DNA from: Rhizobiales bacterium Ga0077525
GTDB lineage: Bacteria; Pseudomonadota; Alphaproteobacteria; Rhizobiales; Xanthobacteraceae
Direction: 5' to 3'
Length of the DNA stretch: 64,000 nucleotides
NCBI GenBank assembly: GCA_001464835.1
Contig: LNDS01000028.1
Coordinates: forward strand, 127,252-191,251
Shown here: one piece after another, positions 1 to 8,943 of the stretch
Layout of the letters: each line of letters begins with the position of its first letter
Numbering within the stretch: the first letter of the stretch is position 1
Notes under the pieces: generated by a model
Told to the model about the DNA's origin: nothing
Seen by the model: only the letters and a program-made list of their open reading frames with translations
The model's database searches: none
Made by a program: the position numbers and the translations under genes

Positions 1-1
1 C

Positions 2-409
2 CGCGTCAAGCTCGGCGATCCGATGAAGGCCAAGAAGCTGAAAGAGGCCTTGCAGCAGATGGCGGAAGAGGGCGTCGTGCAGGCGTTCCGGCCGCTCGAC
101 GGCGCGCCGGCCATGGTCGGCGTCGTCGGTTCGTTGCAGCTCGATGTCTTGAAGGTGCGGCTGCGCGACGAGTATGGCCTCGACATCGATTTCGAGACGC
201 CGGAGTTTCAGCTGGCGCGCTGGATATCCTGCGACGACGAGAAGAAACTCAACGACTTCGTGTCGTCGAATTATTCCTCCGTCGCCGAGGACCTCGACGG
301 CGACCGCGTCTTCATGGCGCGCAACCAGTTCATTCTCGATTACACCGGCGAGCGCGCGCCGGGCATTGTTTTCACGGATATCAAGGACGTGAAGAACAAA
401 GTGGGGTAG
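2..409 (+). CDS. prfC: Peptide chain release factor 3, C-terminal part (gene starts before the window)
   Basis: DPMKAKKLKEALQQMAEEGVVQ...VGVVGSLQLDVLKVRL..EY and ARW match the RF3 C-terminal domain; frame is open from position 2. Confidence 0.9.
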   Translation, partial: RVKLGDPMKAKKLKEALQQMAEEGVVQAFRPLDGAPAMVGVVGSLQLDVLKVRLRDEYGLDIDFETPEFQLARWISCDDEKKLNDFVSSNYSSVAEDLDGDRVFMARNQFILDYTGERAPGIVFTDIKDVKNKVG

Positions 410-414
410 GGCTT

Positions 415-508
415 GTCGTCCCGGGCGACCGAAGGGAGGCCCGGGACCCATAGCCACTGCGCTATCGAGAGGACACGGCGTATGGGTCCCCGCTTTCGCG
501 GGGACGAC
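415..508. repeat. REP-like composite palindromic element
   Basis: Terminal IR GTCGTCCC/GGGACGAC, inner IR GGGACCCATA/TATGGGTCCC and hairpin CCCCGC-TTTC-GCGGGG; lies between convergent genes. Confidence 0.75.
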
Positions 509-515
509 CGGCTCT

Positions 516-1490
516 TTAATTCACCTTTACATCCGCCGCCTTGATCACCGGCGCCCAGCGGTCGATCTCGCGGTCGATGCGGGCGCGGAATTCCTCCGGC
601 GAATTGCCGACCGGCACCATCAGTTGCGCGGCGAGCTTCTCGCGGACTTCCGGCGTCTTGATGATCGCCGCGACATCCTTGTTGATGGCGTCGATGATCG
701 CCTTGGGCGTGCCGCCCGGTGCGATCAGGCCGTTCCAGGCGTCGGCATCGACGTCAATGCCGGATTCCTTCAGCGTCGGTACATCCGGCAAAAACGGCGA
801 GCGCGTCGCGGTCGAGACCGCGAGAATCTTCACTTTGCCGGCGTCGGCCTGCACCTTCGCCGCGATCGCGGGGAGGCAACCCATCTGCGCGTCGTTGCGG
901 ATGATCGCGGTGATCGCCTGCGGCGAACTGGTGTAGGGAATGTGCACGATCCTGGTGCCGGACTTGAGCGCCACCGCTTCCATCGCCAGATGCGCCAGCG
1001 AGCCGTTGCCGATCGAGGCGAAATTGTATTTGCCGGGATCGGCCTTCAATTTGGCGATCAGCTCGGCAACCGTGTTGACGCCGAATTCGGGCGCAACCGC
1101 GAGCGCGCTCGGCTGCGTGACGAGCTGCGTGATCGGCGCGATGTCCTTCTTCGGATCGTAAGGCAGTTTGGAGAACAGCAGCGTATTGATGGCGAGCGGG
1201 CCGCCGATGCTGACGCCGATGGTCGAGCCGTCCGGCGTCGCCTTGGCGACGTAATCGGTGCCGGCATTGCCGCTGGCGCCGGCCTTGTTCTCGACGACAA
1301 AGCTCGAGTTCGGATATTGCTTGCCGAGCCCTTCGGCGACGATGCGGGCAATGATGTCGGGCGTCGAGCCGGGGCCAAACGGGGCAATGACATGCACCGT
1401 TTTCGGCGGCCATTGCTGCGCGCCGGCAGAAGTGGCCCATCCGGCTAGTCCGGCCAGCGCGAGGATGGTCAGTACGGTCCGCTTCAGCAT
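516..1490 (-). CDS. Tripartite tricarboxylate transporter substrate-binding protein (Bug/TctC family)
   Basis: Signal peptide, then WP.K.V.VIAPFGPGS.PD, VVENKAGASG, PDGST, HIPY, PDVPTLKESG; ATG at 1490 chosen. Confidence 0.9.
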   Translation of the reverse strand: MLKRTVLTILALAGLAGWATSAGAQQWPPKTVHVIAPFGPGSTPDIIARIVAEGLGKQYPNSSFVVENKAGASGNAGTDYVAKATPDGSTIGVSIGGPLAINTLLFSKLPYDPKKDIAPITQLVTQPSALAVAPEFGVNTVAELIAKLKADPGKYNFASIGNGSLAHLAMEAVALKSGTRIVHIPYTSSPQAITAIIRNDAQMGCLPAIAAKVQADAGKVKILAVSTATRSPFLPDVPTLKESGIDVDADAWNGLIAPGGTPKAIIDAINKDVAAIIKTPEVREKLAAQLMVPVGNSPEEFRARIDREIDRWAPVIKAADVKVN

Positions 1491-1637
1491 GGTCGTTCCC
1501 TCATAACTGTTTGTTTTGCGCAAATAAATCCCGGCGACGCGGGCCGTCTGCGGCGCCGCGGCGGCTTGCATTGGCGGCCTTCATCGCCTCTACTGCGCCG
1601 CCAATGATGGCGTCAACCGCTGACAAGCGAGCTTAGC

Positions 1638-2222
1638 ATGGGACTTCTCATCCTCGTTCTTGGATTGCTGGTATTTCTGGCGACGCATGTGTTCGTGTCG
1701 ATGCGCGGCGCGCGCACGGCCGCGATCGCGCGCGTCGGCACGGTTGGCTATCGCGTGCTGTTTTCGATCGTGTCGATCTTAGGATTGGTGCTGATCGTTT
1801 ATGGCTTTGCGCAGTATCGCTCCGGCGGCGAGTGGATCGACATCTGGCAGCCGCCGGCCTTCACGCGCCATATCGCCGTGCTGCTGATGCTGTTTTCGTC
1901 GATTTTCGTGACGGCGGTTTTCTTCCCCAGCTACATCAAGGCGAAACTGAAGTATCCGGGCCTGACCGCGGTCAAGACCTGGGCGCTCGCGCATCTCATC
2001 GCCAATGGCGATCTCGGTTCGATCCTGCTGTTCGGCACCATGCTCGGCTGGGCGGTGTTCGCGCGCATATCGGCCAAGCGCCGCACCGACGAAGTCATGC
2101 CGGTGGCGCCTGCGGGCTATACCAACGATATCATTGTCGTCCTGCTCGGCATTGTGATTTATCTGGCGCTCGGCTTTGCCTTCCATCCGGTGTTCATCGG
2201 CGTTCCGGCTTTCGGCAGATAA
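1638..2222 (+). CDS. NnrU family membrane protein
   Basis: Hydrophobic protein with F..TH at the N-terminus and P.L.AVK.WALAHL.ANGDL.SILLFG motif. Confidence 0.8.
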   Translation: MGLLILVLGLLVFLATHVFVSMRGARTAAIARVGTVGYRVLFSIVSILGLVLIVYGFAQYRSGGEWIDIWQPPAFTRHIAVLLMLFSSIFVTAVFFPSYIKAKLKYPGLTAVKTWALAHLIANGDLGSILLFGTMLGWAVFARISAKRRTDEVMPVAPAGYTNDIIVVLLGIVIYLALGFAFHPVFIGVPAFGR

Positions 2223-2240
2223 AGTGGCGGAGTAGCAAAC

Positions 2241-3068
2241 GTGTCCATTCAGAAAGACGTCAAGCGGCTGACCGCTCCCGATATTCGCGCCCGCAAGAGC
2301 GGCGATCCGATCGTCATGCTGACGTCGTATCACGCGCATACCGCGAGCCTGGTCGATAAATATTGCGACGTGATCCTGGTCGGCGACTCGCTCGGCATGG
2401 TGATGCACGGACTTGAAACCACCGTGCCGGTGACGCTCGACATGATGATCCTGCAAGGCCACGCGGTGATGCGCGGCTCCGAGCGCGCGCTGGTTGTCGT
2501 CGATATGCCGTTCGGCTCCTACGAGGCGTCACGCGAGCAGGCCTTCATGAACGCCGCGCGCGTCCTCAAGGAAACCGGCTGCGGCGCCATCAAGCTCGAA
2601 GGCGGCGCGCGCATGGCCGAGACCATCCGCTTCCTGGTCGAGCGCGGCGTGCCGGTGATGGCGCATGTCGGCCTGACGCCGCAGTCGATCAACACCATCG
2701 GCTCGTTCCGCGCGCAGGGGCGCGAGGAGGGCGACTGGGGTCCGATCGAGCAGGATGCCATCGCCGTGTCCGACGCCGGCGCGTTCTCGGTGGTGATCGA
2801 GGCGGTGGCCGAGCCGCTCGCCCGCAAGATCACCGAACAGGTGGCGATCCCGACCATCGGCATCGGCGCCAGCGTCGCCTGCGACGGCCAGGTGCTGGTC
2901 CTGGAGGACATGCTGGGCCTGTCGCAGCGGGTGCCGAAATTCGTCAAGCGCTACGGCGACCTGGGACCCGGCATCGAGAAGGCCGTGGCCGATTATGCCG
3001 CCGAGGTCCGCTCCCGGGCTTTCCCCGGCCCCGAGAACGTCTACCCGATGAAGGCGAAAAAGCCCTGA
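2241..3068 (+). CDS. panB: 3-methyl-2-oxobutanoate hydroxymethyltransferase
   Basis: [43 protein letters not shown] motifs. Confidence 0.97.
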   Translation: MSIQKDVKRLTAPDIRARKSGDPIVMLTSYHAHTASLVDKYCDVILVGDSLGMVMHGLETTVPVTLDMMILQGHAVMRGSERALVVVDMPFGSYEASREQAFMNAARVLKETGCGAIKLEGGARMAETIRFLVERGVPVMAHVGLTPQSINTIGSFRAQGREEGDWGPIEQDAIAVSDAGAFSVVIEAVAEPLARKITEQVAIPTIGIGASVACDGQVLVLEDMLGLSQRVPKFVKRYGDLGPGIEKAVADYAAEVRSRAFPGPENVYPMKAKKP

Positions 3069-3203
3069 AAAGTGGGGTTCCTTTCACCCGGATGATAGGC
3101 TAAAGCATTGAAATCTTGACCATAGTCGGCGGCGTTTTGCCTTGAGCGCGCCACATCGCTAGGTTACGCGCACATTTCGCCCAGACCGGGCCGGGAGCCA
3201 TTC

Positions 3204-3857
3204 GTGTCCGATATTTTCAATGAAGTTGACGAGGAAGTCCGGCGCGAGCGGCTCAGGCAGCTGTGGGACAGATATAGCCTGCTGATCATCGCCGTGGCGG
3301 TGCTGATCGTCGCCGGCATCGGTGGCTGGCGCGGCTATGAATATTACACGGCGCAGAAGGCGGCTGTCGCCGGCGCCGCTTTCGAGAACGCCGCCACTCT
3401 GGCCGAGCAGGGAAAGCATGCCGAGGCGCAGGCCGCTTTCGCCAAGGTCGCGGGCGAAGCGCCGAAGGGCTATGCCGTGCTGGCGCGCTTCCGCGCCGCC
3501 GCCGAGCTTGGCCAGGTCAACAAGGACGAGGCGGTGAAGGCCTATGACGCCTTGGCCGCGGATGCTTCGCTCAGCGCGACCTGGAGGGATCTGGCGGCAT
3601 TGCGCGCCGGGCTCTTGCTGGTCGATAGCGCGTCCTTCGCCGATCTGCGCAAGCGCCTTGAACCCCTCACCGAGCCGACGCGGACCTTTCGTCACACTGC
3701 GCGCGAACTGCTGGCTTTGTCGGCCTGGCGCGAACGCGATCTCGTTGCCGCGCGCCGTTACGTCGATCTGATCGCCGCCGACGGCGAAACGCCGCCGGGT
3801 GCCCGCACGCGCGTCGATGCGCTGGCGGCGCTGCTCGCGGCCGATGGCAAGAGCTGA
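3204..3857 (+). CDS. YfgM-like membrane-anchored TPR protein
   Basis: MSDIF.EVDEEVRRE..QLW, one TM segment and a helical Ala-rich domain; position upstream of der. Confidence 0.8.
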   Translation: MSDIFNEVDEEVRRERLRQLWDRYSLLIIAVAVLIVAGIGGWRGYEYYTAQKAAVAGAAFENAATLAEQGKHAEAQAAFAKVAGEAPKGYAVLARFRAAAELGQVNKDEAVKAYDALAADASLSATWRDLAALRAGLLLVDSASFADLRKRLEPLTEPTRTFRHTARELLALSAWRERDLVAARRYVDLIAADGETPPGARTRVDALAALLAADGKS

Positions 3858-3861
3858 GAAA

Positions 3862-4350
3862 ATGATGACTCGCCTGCACCGCATCGCTCTCGTGGTCACC
3901 GTGCTGGCGGTGATGCCGGCGCTCGCCGGCTGCTCCAGTTTCGATCCCGAACAGTTCGATTTCTTCGGCCTGACCGAAAAGAAAAAGATTCCGGGCGACC
4001 GCAAGCCGCTGTTTCCGGAAGGCGTGCCCGGCGTGACGCAAGGCGTGCCGCCGCAATACATCAAGGGCAATCAGGCAGCGGCCGAGGCCGCGCTTGCCGC
4101 GCCCGTGCCGGAAGCCGCGCCCGCGCCGGAAGAGCCAAAGGCCGAGCCGCCCAAGCCGAAGCGGAAGGCGGCTGCTGCCAAGCCGAAACCGGCCGCGCAG
4201 GCCCAGCCGGTGTCGCAGCAGCAACCGCAACAGCAACAGGCCGATCCTCAGCAAGCAAGCCCGGCACCTTGGCCGCAAGGGTCGCAACCGGCGCCCGGCG
4301 GCACCGCCGCCTGGCCGGCGCCGCCGCCGCCTGGCACCTTCTCGCGCTGA
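3862..4350 (+). CDS. Short Pro/Ala/Gln-rich lipoprotein in the bamB position
   Basis: Lipobox LAGC, KKKIPGDRKPLFPEG segment, then low-complexity tail; ATG 4 nt after the upstream stop. Confidence 0.7.
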   Translation: MMTRLHRIALVVTVLAVMPALAGCSSFDPEQFDFFGLTEKKKIPGDRKPLFPEGVPGVTQGVPPQYIKGNQAAAEAALAAPVPEAAPAPEEPKAEPPKPKRKAAAAKPKPAAQAQPVSQQQPQQQQADPQQASPAPWPQGSQPAPGGTAAWPAPPPPGTFSR

Positions 4351-4394
4351 TTTCTTGAACCCTCGCATCGTTCGGGCGAGCGGAAAGCAAACCA

Positions 4395-5759
4395 ATGAGT
4401 TTTACCGTCGTCATTGTCGGCCGGCCGAATGTCGGCAAGTCGACGCTGTTCAACCGGCTGGTCGGAAGGCGCGTGGCGCTGGTCGATGACCGGCCGGGCG
4501 TGACGCGCGACCGCCGCGAAGGCGAGGCGCGGCTCGGCGATCTCGACTTCACCGTCATCGACACTGCGGGCCTTGAGGAGTCGGCGCCGGAAAGCCTTTC
4601 CGGCCGCATGCGGGCGCAAACCGAAACGGCCATCGCGCAGGCCGACGCCATCTTCTTTATGATCGATGCGCGTTCGGGCCCGATCCCCGACGACCGTTAC
4701 TTCGCCGAACTGGTGCGCAAGTCCGGCAAGCCGACGGTGCTGATCGCCAACAAGATGGAAGGCGAGGCCGGGCAGTCCGGCCGCTTCGACGCCTATGCAT
4801 TGGGCCTCGGCGATCCGGTGGCGCTGTCGGCGGAACACAACGAAGGCCTGCCGGATCTCTATGACGCTTTGCGCGCGGCGCTGCCGGTAGAGACCGCGGA
4901 AGCCTCGGCGGAAGCGGCGGACAAGACCGGGCCGCAGCCCATCAAGGTGGCCATTGTCGGCCGCCCGAATGCCGGCAAATCGACGCTGATCAATCGCCTG
5001 ATCGGCGAGGACCGGCTGCTGACCTCGTCGGAAGCCGGCACCACGCGCGACGCCATCGCGGTCAGTCTCGACTATCACGGCCAGAAATTCCGCATTCACG
5101 ACACCGCCGGTATCCGCCGCCGCGGCCGCGTCGACGAGAAGCTGGAGAAGCTGTCGGTCAGCGACGCGCTCAACGCCGTGCGTTTCGCCGAAGTCGTCGT
5201 CGTGCTGCTCGATGTCGAAAACGCTTTCGAGGAGCAGGATCAGCGCATCGCCGATCTGGTCGAGCAGGAAGGCCGCGCCATCGTCATCGCGGTCAACAAA
5301 TGGGATTTGAAAGAGCGCACCGCCGGCGCGATTTCCAAATTGCGCGAGCAGGCCGACGAGAAGCTGACGCAGATGAAGGGCGTGCCGCTTGTCGCGGTGT
5401 CGGCCCTGACCGGTGAGGGGCTCGACCGCCTGATGCACGCCATCGTTCAGGCGCACGAGACCTGGAACAAGCGCATCCCGACCAGCGCGCTCAATCGCTG
5501 GTTCGAGGCGGCCATCGATTCACATCCGCCGCCGGCAGTGTCGGGCAGGCGGCTGCGGTTGAATTACATCACGCAGGCGAAGACGCGGCCGCCGAGCTTT
5601 GTTTTGTTCTGCACGCGCGCCGACGCCGTGCCGGACGCCTATAAGCGCTATCTGGTGAACTCATTGCGCGAGGCGTTCGAACTGCCCGGCACGCCGATCC
5701 GCCTCGCCTTGCGCGAGAAGGATAACCCGTTCAAGGGCCGGGCGAAGTTCAAGCATTAG
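4395..5759 (+). CDS. der: Ribosome biogenesis GTPase Der
   Basis: Two GTPase domains ([30 protein letters not shown]-type motifs) and a C-terminal KH-like domain. Confidence 0.97.
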   Translation: MSFTVVIVGRPNVGKSTLFNRLVGRRVALVDDRPGVTRDRREGEARLGDLDFTVIDTAGLEESAPESLSGRMRAQTETAIAQADAIFFMIDARSGPIPDDRYFAELVRKSGKPTVLIANKMEGEAGQSGRFDAYALGLGDPVALSAEHNEGLPDLYDALRAALPVETAEASAEAADKTGPQPIKVAIVGRPNAGKSTLINRLIGEDRLLTSSEAGTTRDAIAVSLDYHGQKFRIHDTAGIRRRGRVDEKLEKLSVSDALNAVRFAEVVVVLLDVENAFEEQDQRIADLVEQEGRAIVIAVNKWDLKERTAGAISKLREQADEKLTQMKGVPLVAVSALTGEGLDRLMHAIVQAHETWNKRIPTSALNRWFEAAIDSHPPPAVSGRRLRLNYITQAKTRPPSFVLFCTRADAVPDAYKRYLVNSLREAFELPGTPIRLALREKDNPFKGRAKFKH

Positions 5760-5773
5760 AAGTTCAGGCCTTG

Positions 5774-5810
5774 AGCGAGAGGCCGGGACTGGCCTCTCGC
5801 TTATTGTTGT
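5774..5810 (+). terminator. Probable intrinsic terminator between convergent genes
   Basis: AGCGAGAGGCC...GGCCTCTCGCT stem followed by a T-rich tract. Confidence 0.6.
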
Positions 5811-5820
5811 TGGGTCGTGC

Positions 5821-6273
5821 CTACCGGCGCGCGCAGATGATGTTCATGCCGGTTGACGGCCCGCATTTTGCTGACGAGGCCTGAACGACAGGCTGAACTG
5901 GCGTGTCCGCGGTACATACCGCGGAGGCGACGATCTCGCCGGCATTGCAGGTCGCCGTGCAGCCGGACGCACCGCAATCCGACGCGCCGAGCGTAACGAC
6001 GCGCAAGCCCGCGCTTGCGCCTGCCGGTCCCGGATCGCCTTTCGGCCCGGCGTCGCCTTTCGGGCCGGCGACACCCGCTTCGCCTTTCGGGCCTGCCGGT
6101 CCCGGCGCCCCTGCCGGTCCTGTTTGGCCCGGTGGGCCTGCCGGGCCTGGATTGCCCGGCGCGCCGGCGGCGCCCGCCTGGCCGCGCTCACCAGGCGGGC
6201 CTTTGGGTCCCTCGAAACAACCCGTCAAAAGAAACGCAGAGGTGACGATGGCAAATGCTGCAAGTATTCGCAT
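5821..6273 (-). CDS. Collagen-like lipoprotein
   Basis: Lipobox LTGC, 22 consecutive Gly-X-Y triplets, C-terminal domain with 6 Cys; RBS GGAGG upstream. Confidence 0.85.
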   Translation of the reverse strand: MRILAAFAIVTSAFLLTGCFEGPKGPPGERGQAGAAGAPGNPGPAGPPGQTGPAGAPGPAGPKGEAGVAGPKGDAGPKGDPGPAGASAGLRVVTLGASDCGASGCTATCNAGEIVASAVCTADTPVQPVVQASSAKCGPSTGMNIICARR

Positions 6274-6424
6274 GGATCCTCCCTTAGATGTGCGCTGCCG
6301 CGTTTCCGACGCGGCTTGCGAACTTCACGCCGATTTTGAGCGAGGCGCTTGTCTGGGAGACTAGACCGATTGGCGGACCGTTGGAAACCGACCGCCTTGC
6401 CGTGCAAATTGCCGGGGCGGCGGC

Positions 6425-7165
6425 TCAAGCCGGCGCGCGGAATTCCAGAAATTTGCCGAGGCGATAATCGTACATCTTGCCGCTCTCGCCGCACGTCGGC
6501 AGGCACAACGGCACGATCGCCTTGGCGACGTCTTCGGGCGGGGCCAGTTTGCTCTGGTCGGCGCCGGGCCAGCCGCTCGCATACATCTTGGTGCGCGTTG
6601 GGCCCGGATTGAAGGCGTTCACTTTGACGTTCGTCGTGACGGTTTCGGCGGCATAAGTGCGCACCAAAGCGTCGAGCGCGGCCTTGGTCGCGGCATAGAC
6701 GCCGGTATAGGCCTGCGCCCGCCACGACAGGCCCGAAGTGAGGAACACCGCGCGTCCGGCGCTCGAGGCCTTCAACAGCGGGTCCATGGTACGGATGAGT
6801 TGCCAGTTGGCGGTGACATTGACCGCGAACAGATTGTCGAAGTCCTTTGGCTCGACATGGCCGAGCGGCGACAGCGAGCCGAGCACGCCGGCATTGCCGA
6901 CCATGACGTCGAGGCGGCCGTAACGCTCGTGCAGGGCCAAAGCCAACCGGGCAATGCCGTCCATGTCCTTGATGTCGAGCGGCACCAGGGTCGCGGTGCC
7001 GCCGGCGGCGACGATCCTGTCGTCAAGCTCCTCGAGCGCACCGACAGTGCGCGCCACGGCGACGACATGGGCGCCGGCCTCGGCCAGTTGCAGCGCCAGT
7101 TCGGCGCCAATGCCGCGCGAGGCGCCGGTGACCAGCGCGATACGATCGGAAAGCGGTTTCTGCAT
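6425..7165 (-). CDS. SDR family NAD(P)-dependent oxidoreductase
   Basis: TGASRGIG, NAG, YAATK, NPGPTRT motifs. Confidence 0.92.
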   Translation of the reverse strand: MQKPLSDRIALVTGASRGIGAELALQLAEAGAHVVAVARTVGALEELDDRIVAAGGTATLVPLDIKDMDGIARLALALHERYGRLDVMVGNAGVLGSLSPLGHVEPKDFDNLFAVNVTANWQLIRTMDPLLKASSAGRAVFLTSGLSWRAQAYTGVYAATKAALDALVRTYAAETVTTNVKVNAFNPGPTRTKMYASGWPGADQSKLAPPEDVAKAIVPLCLPTCGESGKMYDYRLGKFLEFRAPA

Positions 7166-7170
7166 GATAC

Positions 7171-7530
7171 TCAGCTGCTGGCGGCGGGAGAGGGCTTAAT
7201 GCCGAGATCGGCGGCCGCTTGCAAGACCTGCGACGGCCGATAGGGCTTTTGCAGGAATTTGCTGTGGGACAGCGGGGTTCTGAGGTCCGAATAGCCGGTG
7301 GCGTAGATGATCGGGACGCTCGAATAGATGCCGCGCACGTCCTCGGCGAGTTGCCAGCCGTCCTTGCCCGGCAGCCTTATGTCGGTGAACAGGAGGTCGA
7401 TGCGCTCGCGTTGCGACAGCAGGCCAAGCGCATCCTCGGCGCTGGCCGCTTCCAGCACGTCGAAGCCGGCTAACGTCAATTCATAGGCGATCATGTCGCG
7501 CACGAGATACTCGTCCTCGACCAGCAGCAC
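7171..7530 (-). CDS. Single-domain response regulator (start uncertain: GTG 7530 or ATG 7608)
   Basis: VLLVEDE, DLLFTDIRLPG (phospho-Asp), PIIYATGY, FLQKPY. Confidence 0.85.
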   Translation of the reverse strand: MLLVEDEYLVRDMIAYELTLAGFDVLEAASAEDALGLLSQRERIDLLFTDIRLPGKDGWQLAEDVRGIYSSVPIIYATGYSDLRTPLSHSKFLQKPYRPSQVLQAAADLGIKPSPAASS

Positions 7531-7555
7531 GACGGGCGCGTTGCTGCCATGGCCA

Positions 7556-8824
7556 TCAACCCGGTTGTCCGAGCGGACCGGCCAGGCCAGCGGGATAGGC
7601 CGGCGCATCGGCCGCGGGTTCGACCTGCGGCTTGGCGCGCGGCAGATAGATGCGCACCGTGGTGCCTTTGCCCGGCGTGCTGACGATATCGATATAGCCG
7701 TTCGACTGTTTGACGAAACCGTAGACCTGGCTAAGACCAAGTCCGGAGCCTTCGCCGACCGGCTTGGTGGTGAAGAAGGGCTCGAAGACGCGGCCGAGAA
7801 TATCGGGCGGCATGCCGGTGCCGGTGTCGCTCACCGTCAGCATCGCATAAGGGCCGCTGGCCGAGGTCGTCTCGGCAATCGCCGGATCGGTAACGTTGCG
7901 CGTCTGGATGATGAGGTTGCCGCCTTGCGGCATGGCATCGCGCGCATTGACGGCGAGATTGAGCAGGACGTTTTCAAGCTGATTGGCGTCTGTCTCGATC
8001 GGCCAGAGGCCGTCGGCCAATTCGAGTTCGACGGCGATGTCGTCGCCGACCGCGCGGCGCACCAGGTCGGCGACATTGTGGATCAACTCGTTGGCATTGA
8101 TGCGCCGCGACGCCAAAGGCTGGCGGCGGCCGAAGGCGAGCAGCTTTTGCGTCAGCGCAGCACCGCGCTCGGCGCCGGCCATCGCGCCCTTGACCGAACG
8201 CGCGATGGCGGGATCGTCGCGGAATTTGTCTTCCAGCCGTTCGAGATTGCCGATGACGATGGTCATCAGATTGTTGAAGTCATGCGCGATGCCGCCGGTC
8301 AGCTGGCCGACCGCTTCCATCTTCTGCGCCTGGCGCAGCATGTCCTCGGTCTTGAGCCGCTCAGTCTTTTCCGCCTGCAACGCCGCCAGCGCCGCATTGC
8401 GCTCGCCGATCTGGCGGGTGAGCTCGTCGTTCAACTGCCGCAGCGTATCGACCGACGGGATCGCCAGCGCTTTCGGCAGCAACGGCCAGAGCGCAATGGC
8501 GGTAAAGATCGACAGCGCCGCGGTGACGATCTTGATCAGGGCCTCGGTGCCGTAGTCCGGCACCCATAATGTGTAGATGGCGAAAAAATGCGTCGTGCCG
8601 CAGGCCAGGATGAAAAACGCGAAAGCCCAGAACACCCAGCCGAACTGGATGTCGCTGCGCTTCGACACGAAATAGGCGAGCGCCAGGGGGATCGAGTAAT
8701 AGGACAGGCCGATCAGGCTGTCGGCGGCGACATGGGTCCAGATCAGTTCGGGCCGCCACAGCAGGCAGATGCCGTGCGGCGACAGGCTGTTGGTTTCCCA
8801 CAGTTGTTGCAGATATTGCAGCAT
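7556..8824 (-). CDS. Membrane histidine kinase with ETR1-like ethylene-binding domain
   Basis: N-terminal D..I.LSYYSIP...FILACGTTH; H-box GGIAHDFNN; N-box [11 protein letters not shown]; [21 protein letters not shown]. Confidence 0.88.
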   Translation of the reverse strand: MLQYLQQLWETNSLSPHGICLLWRPELIWTHVAADSLIGLSYYSIPLALAYFVSKRSDIQFGWVFWAFAFFILACGTTHFFAIYTLWVPDYGTEALIKIVTAALSIFTAIALWPLLPKALAIPSVDTLRQLNDELTRQIGERNAALAALQAEKTERLKTEDMLRQAQKMEAVGQLTGGIAHDFNNLMTIVIGNLERLEDKFRDDPAIARSVKGAMAGAERGAALTQKLLAFGRRQPLASRRINANELIHNVADLVRRAVGDDIAVELELADGLWPIETDANQLENVLLNLAVNARDAMPQGGNLIIQTRNVTDPAIAETTSASGPYAMLTVSDTGTGMPPDILGRVFEPFFTTKPVGEGSGLGLSQVYGFVKQSNGYIDIVSTPGKGTTVRIYLPRAKPQVEPAADAPAYPAGLAGPLGQPG

Positions 8825-8943
8825 AGTTCCCCCCCGCCCAGTCCCCACACTCAGAATCGAGAGGGTCCCAGAGTAGCTATCGCGGGAGCGGCTGTAAAAG
8901 TTCCATGGACAGGGCAGTTAAGATTGTCCCGACCACCGAAGCG

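Noticed and set aside
6020-6215. 9-bp periodic GC-rich repeats
   Set aside because: Explained by the Gly-X-Y collagen coding region.
6316-6334. GG-N10-GC sigma54-like spacing upstream of the collagen-like gene
   Set aside because: TCGGCGTGAAGTTCGCA has too many mismatches to the consensus.
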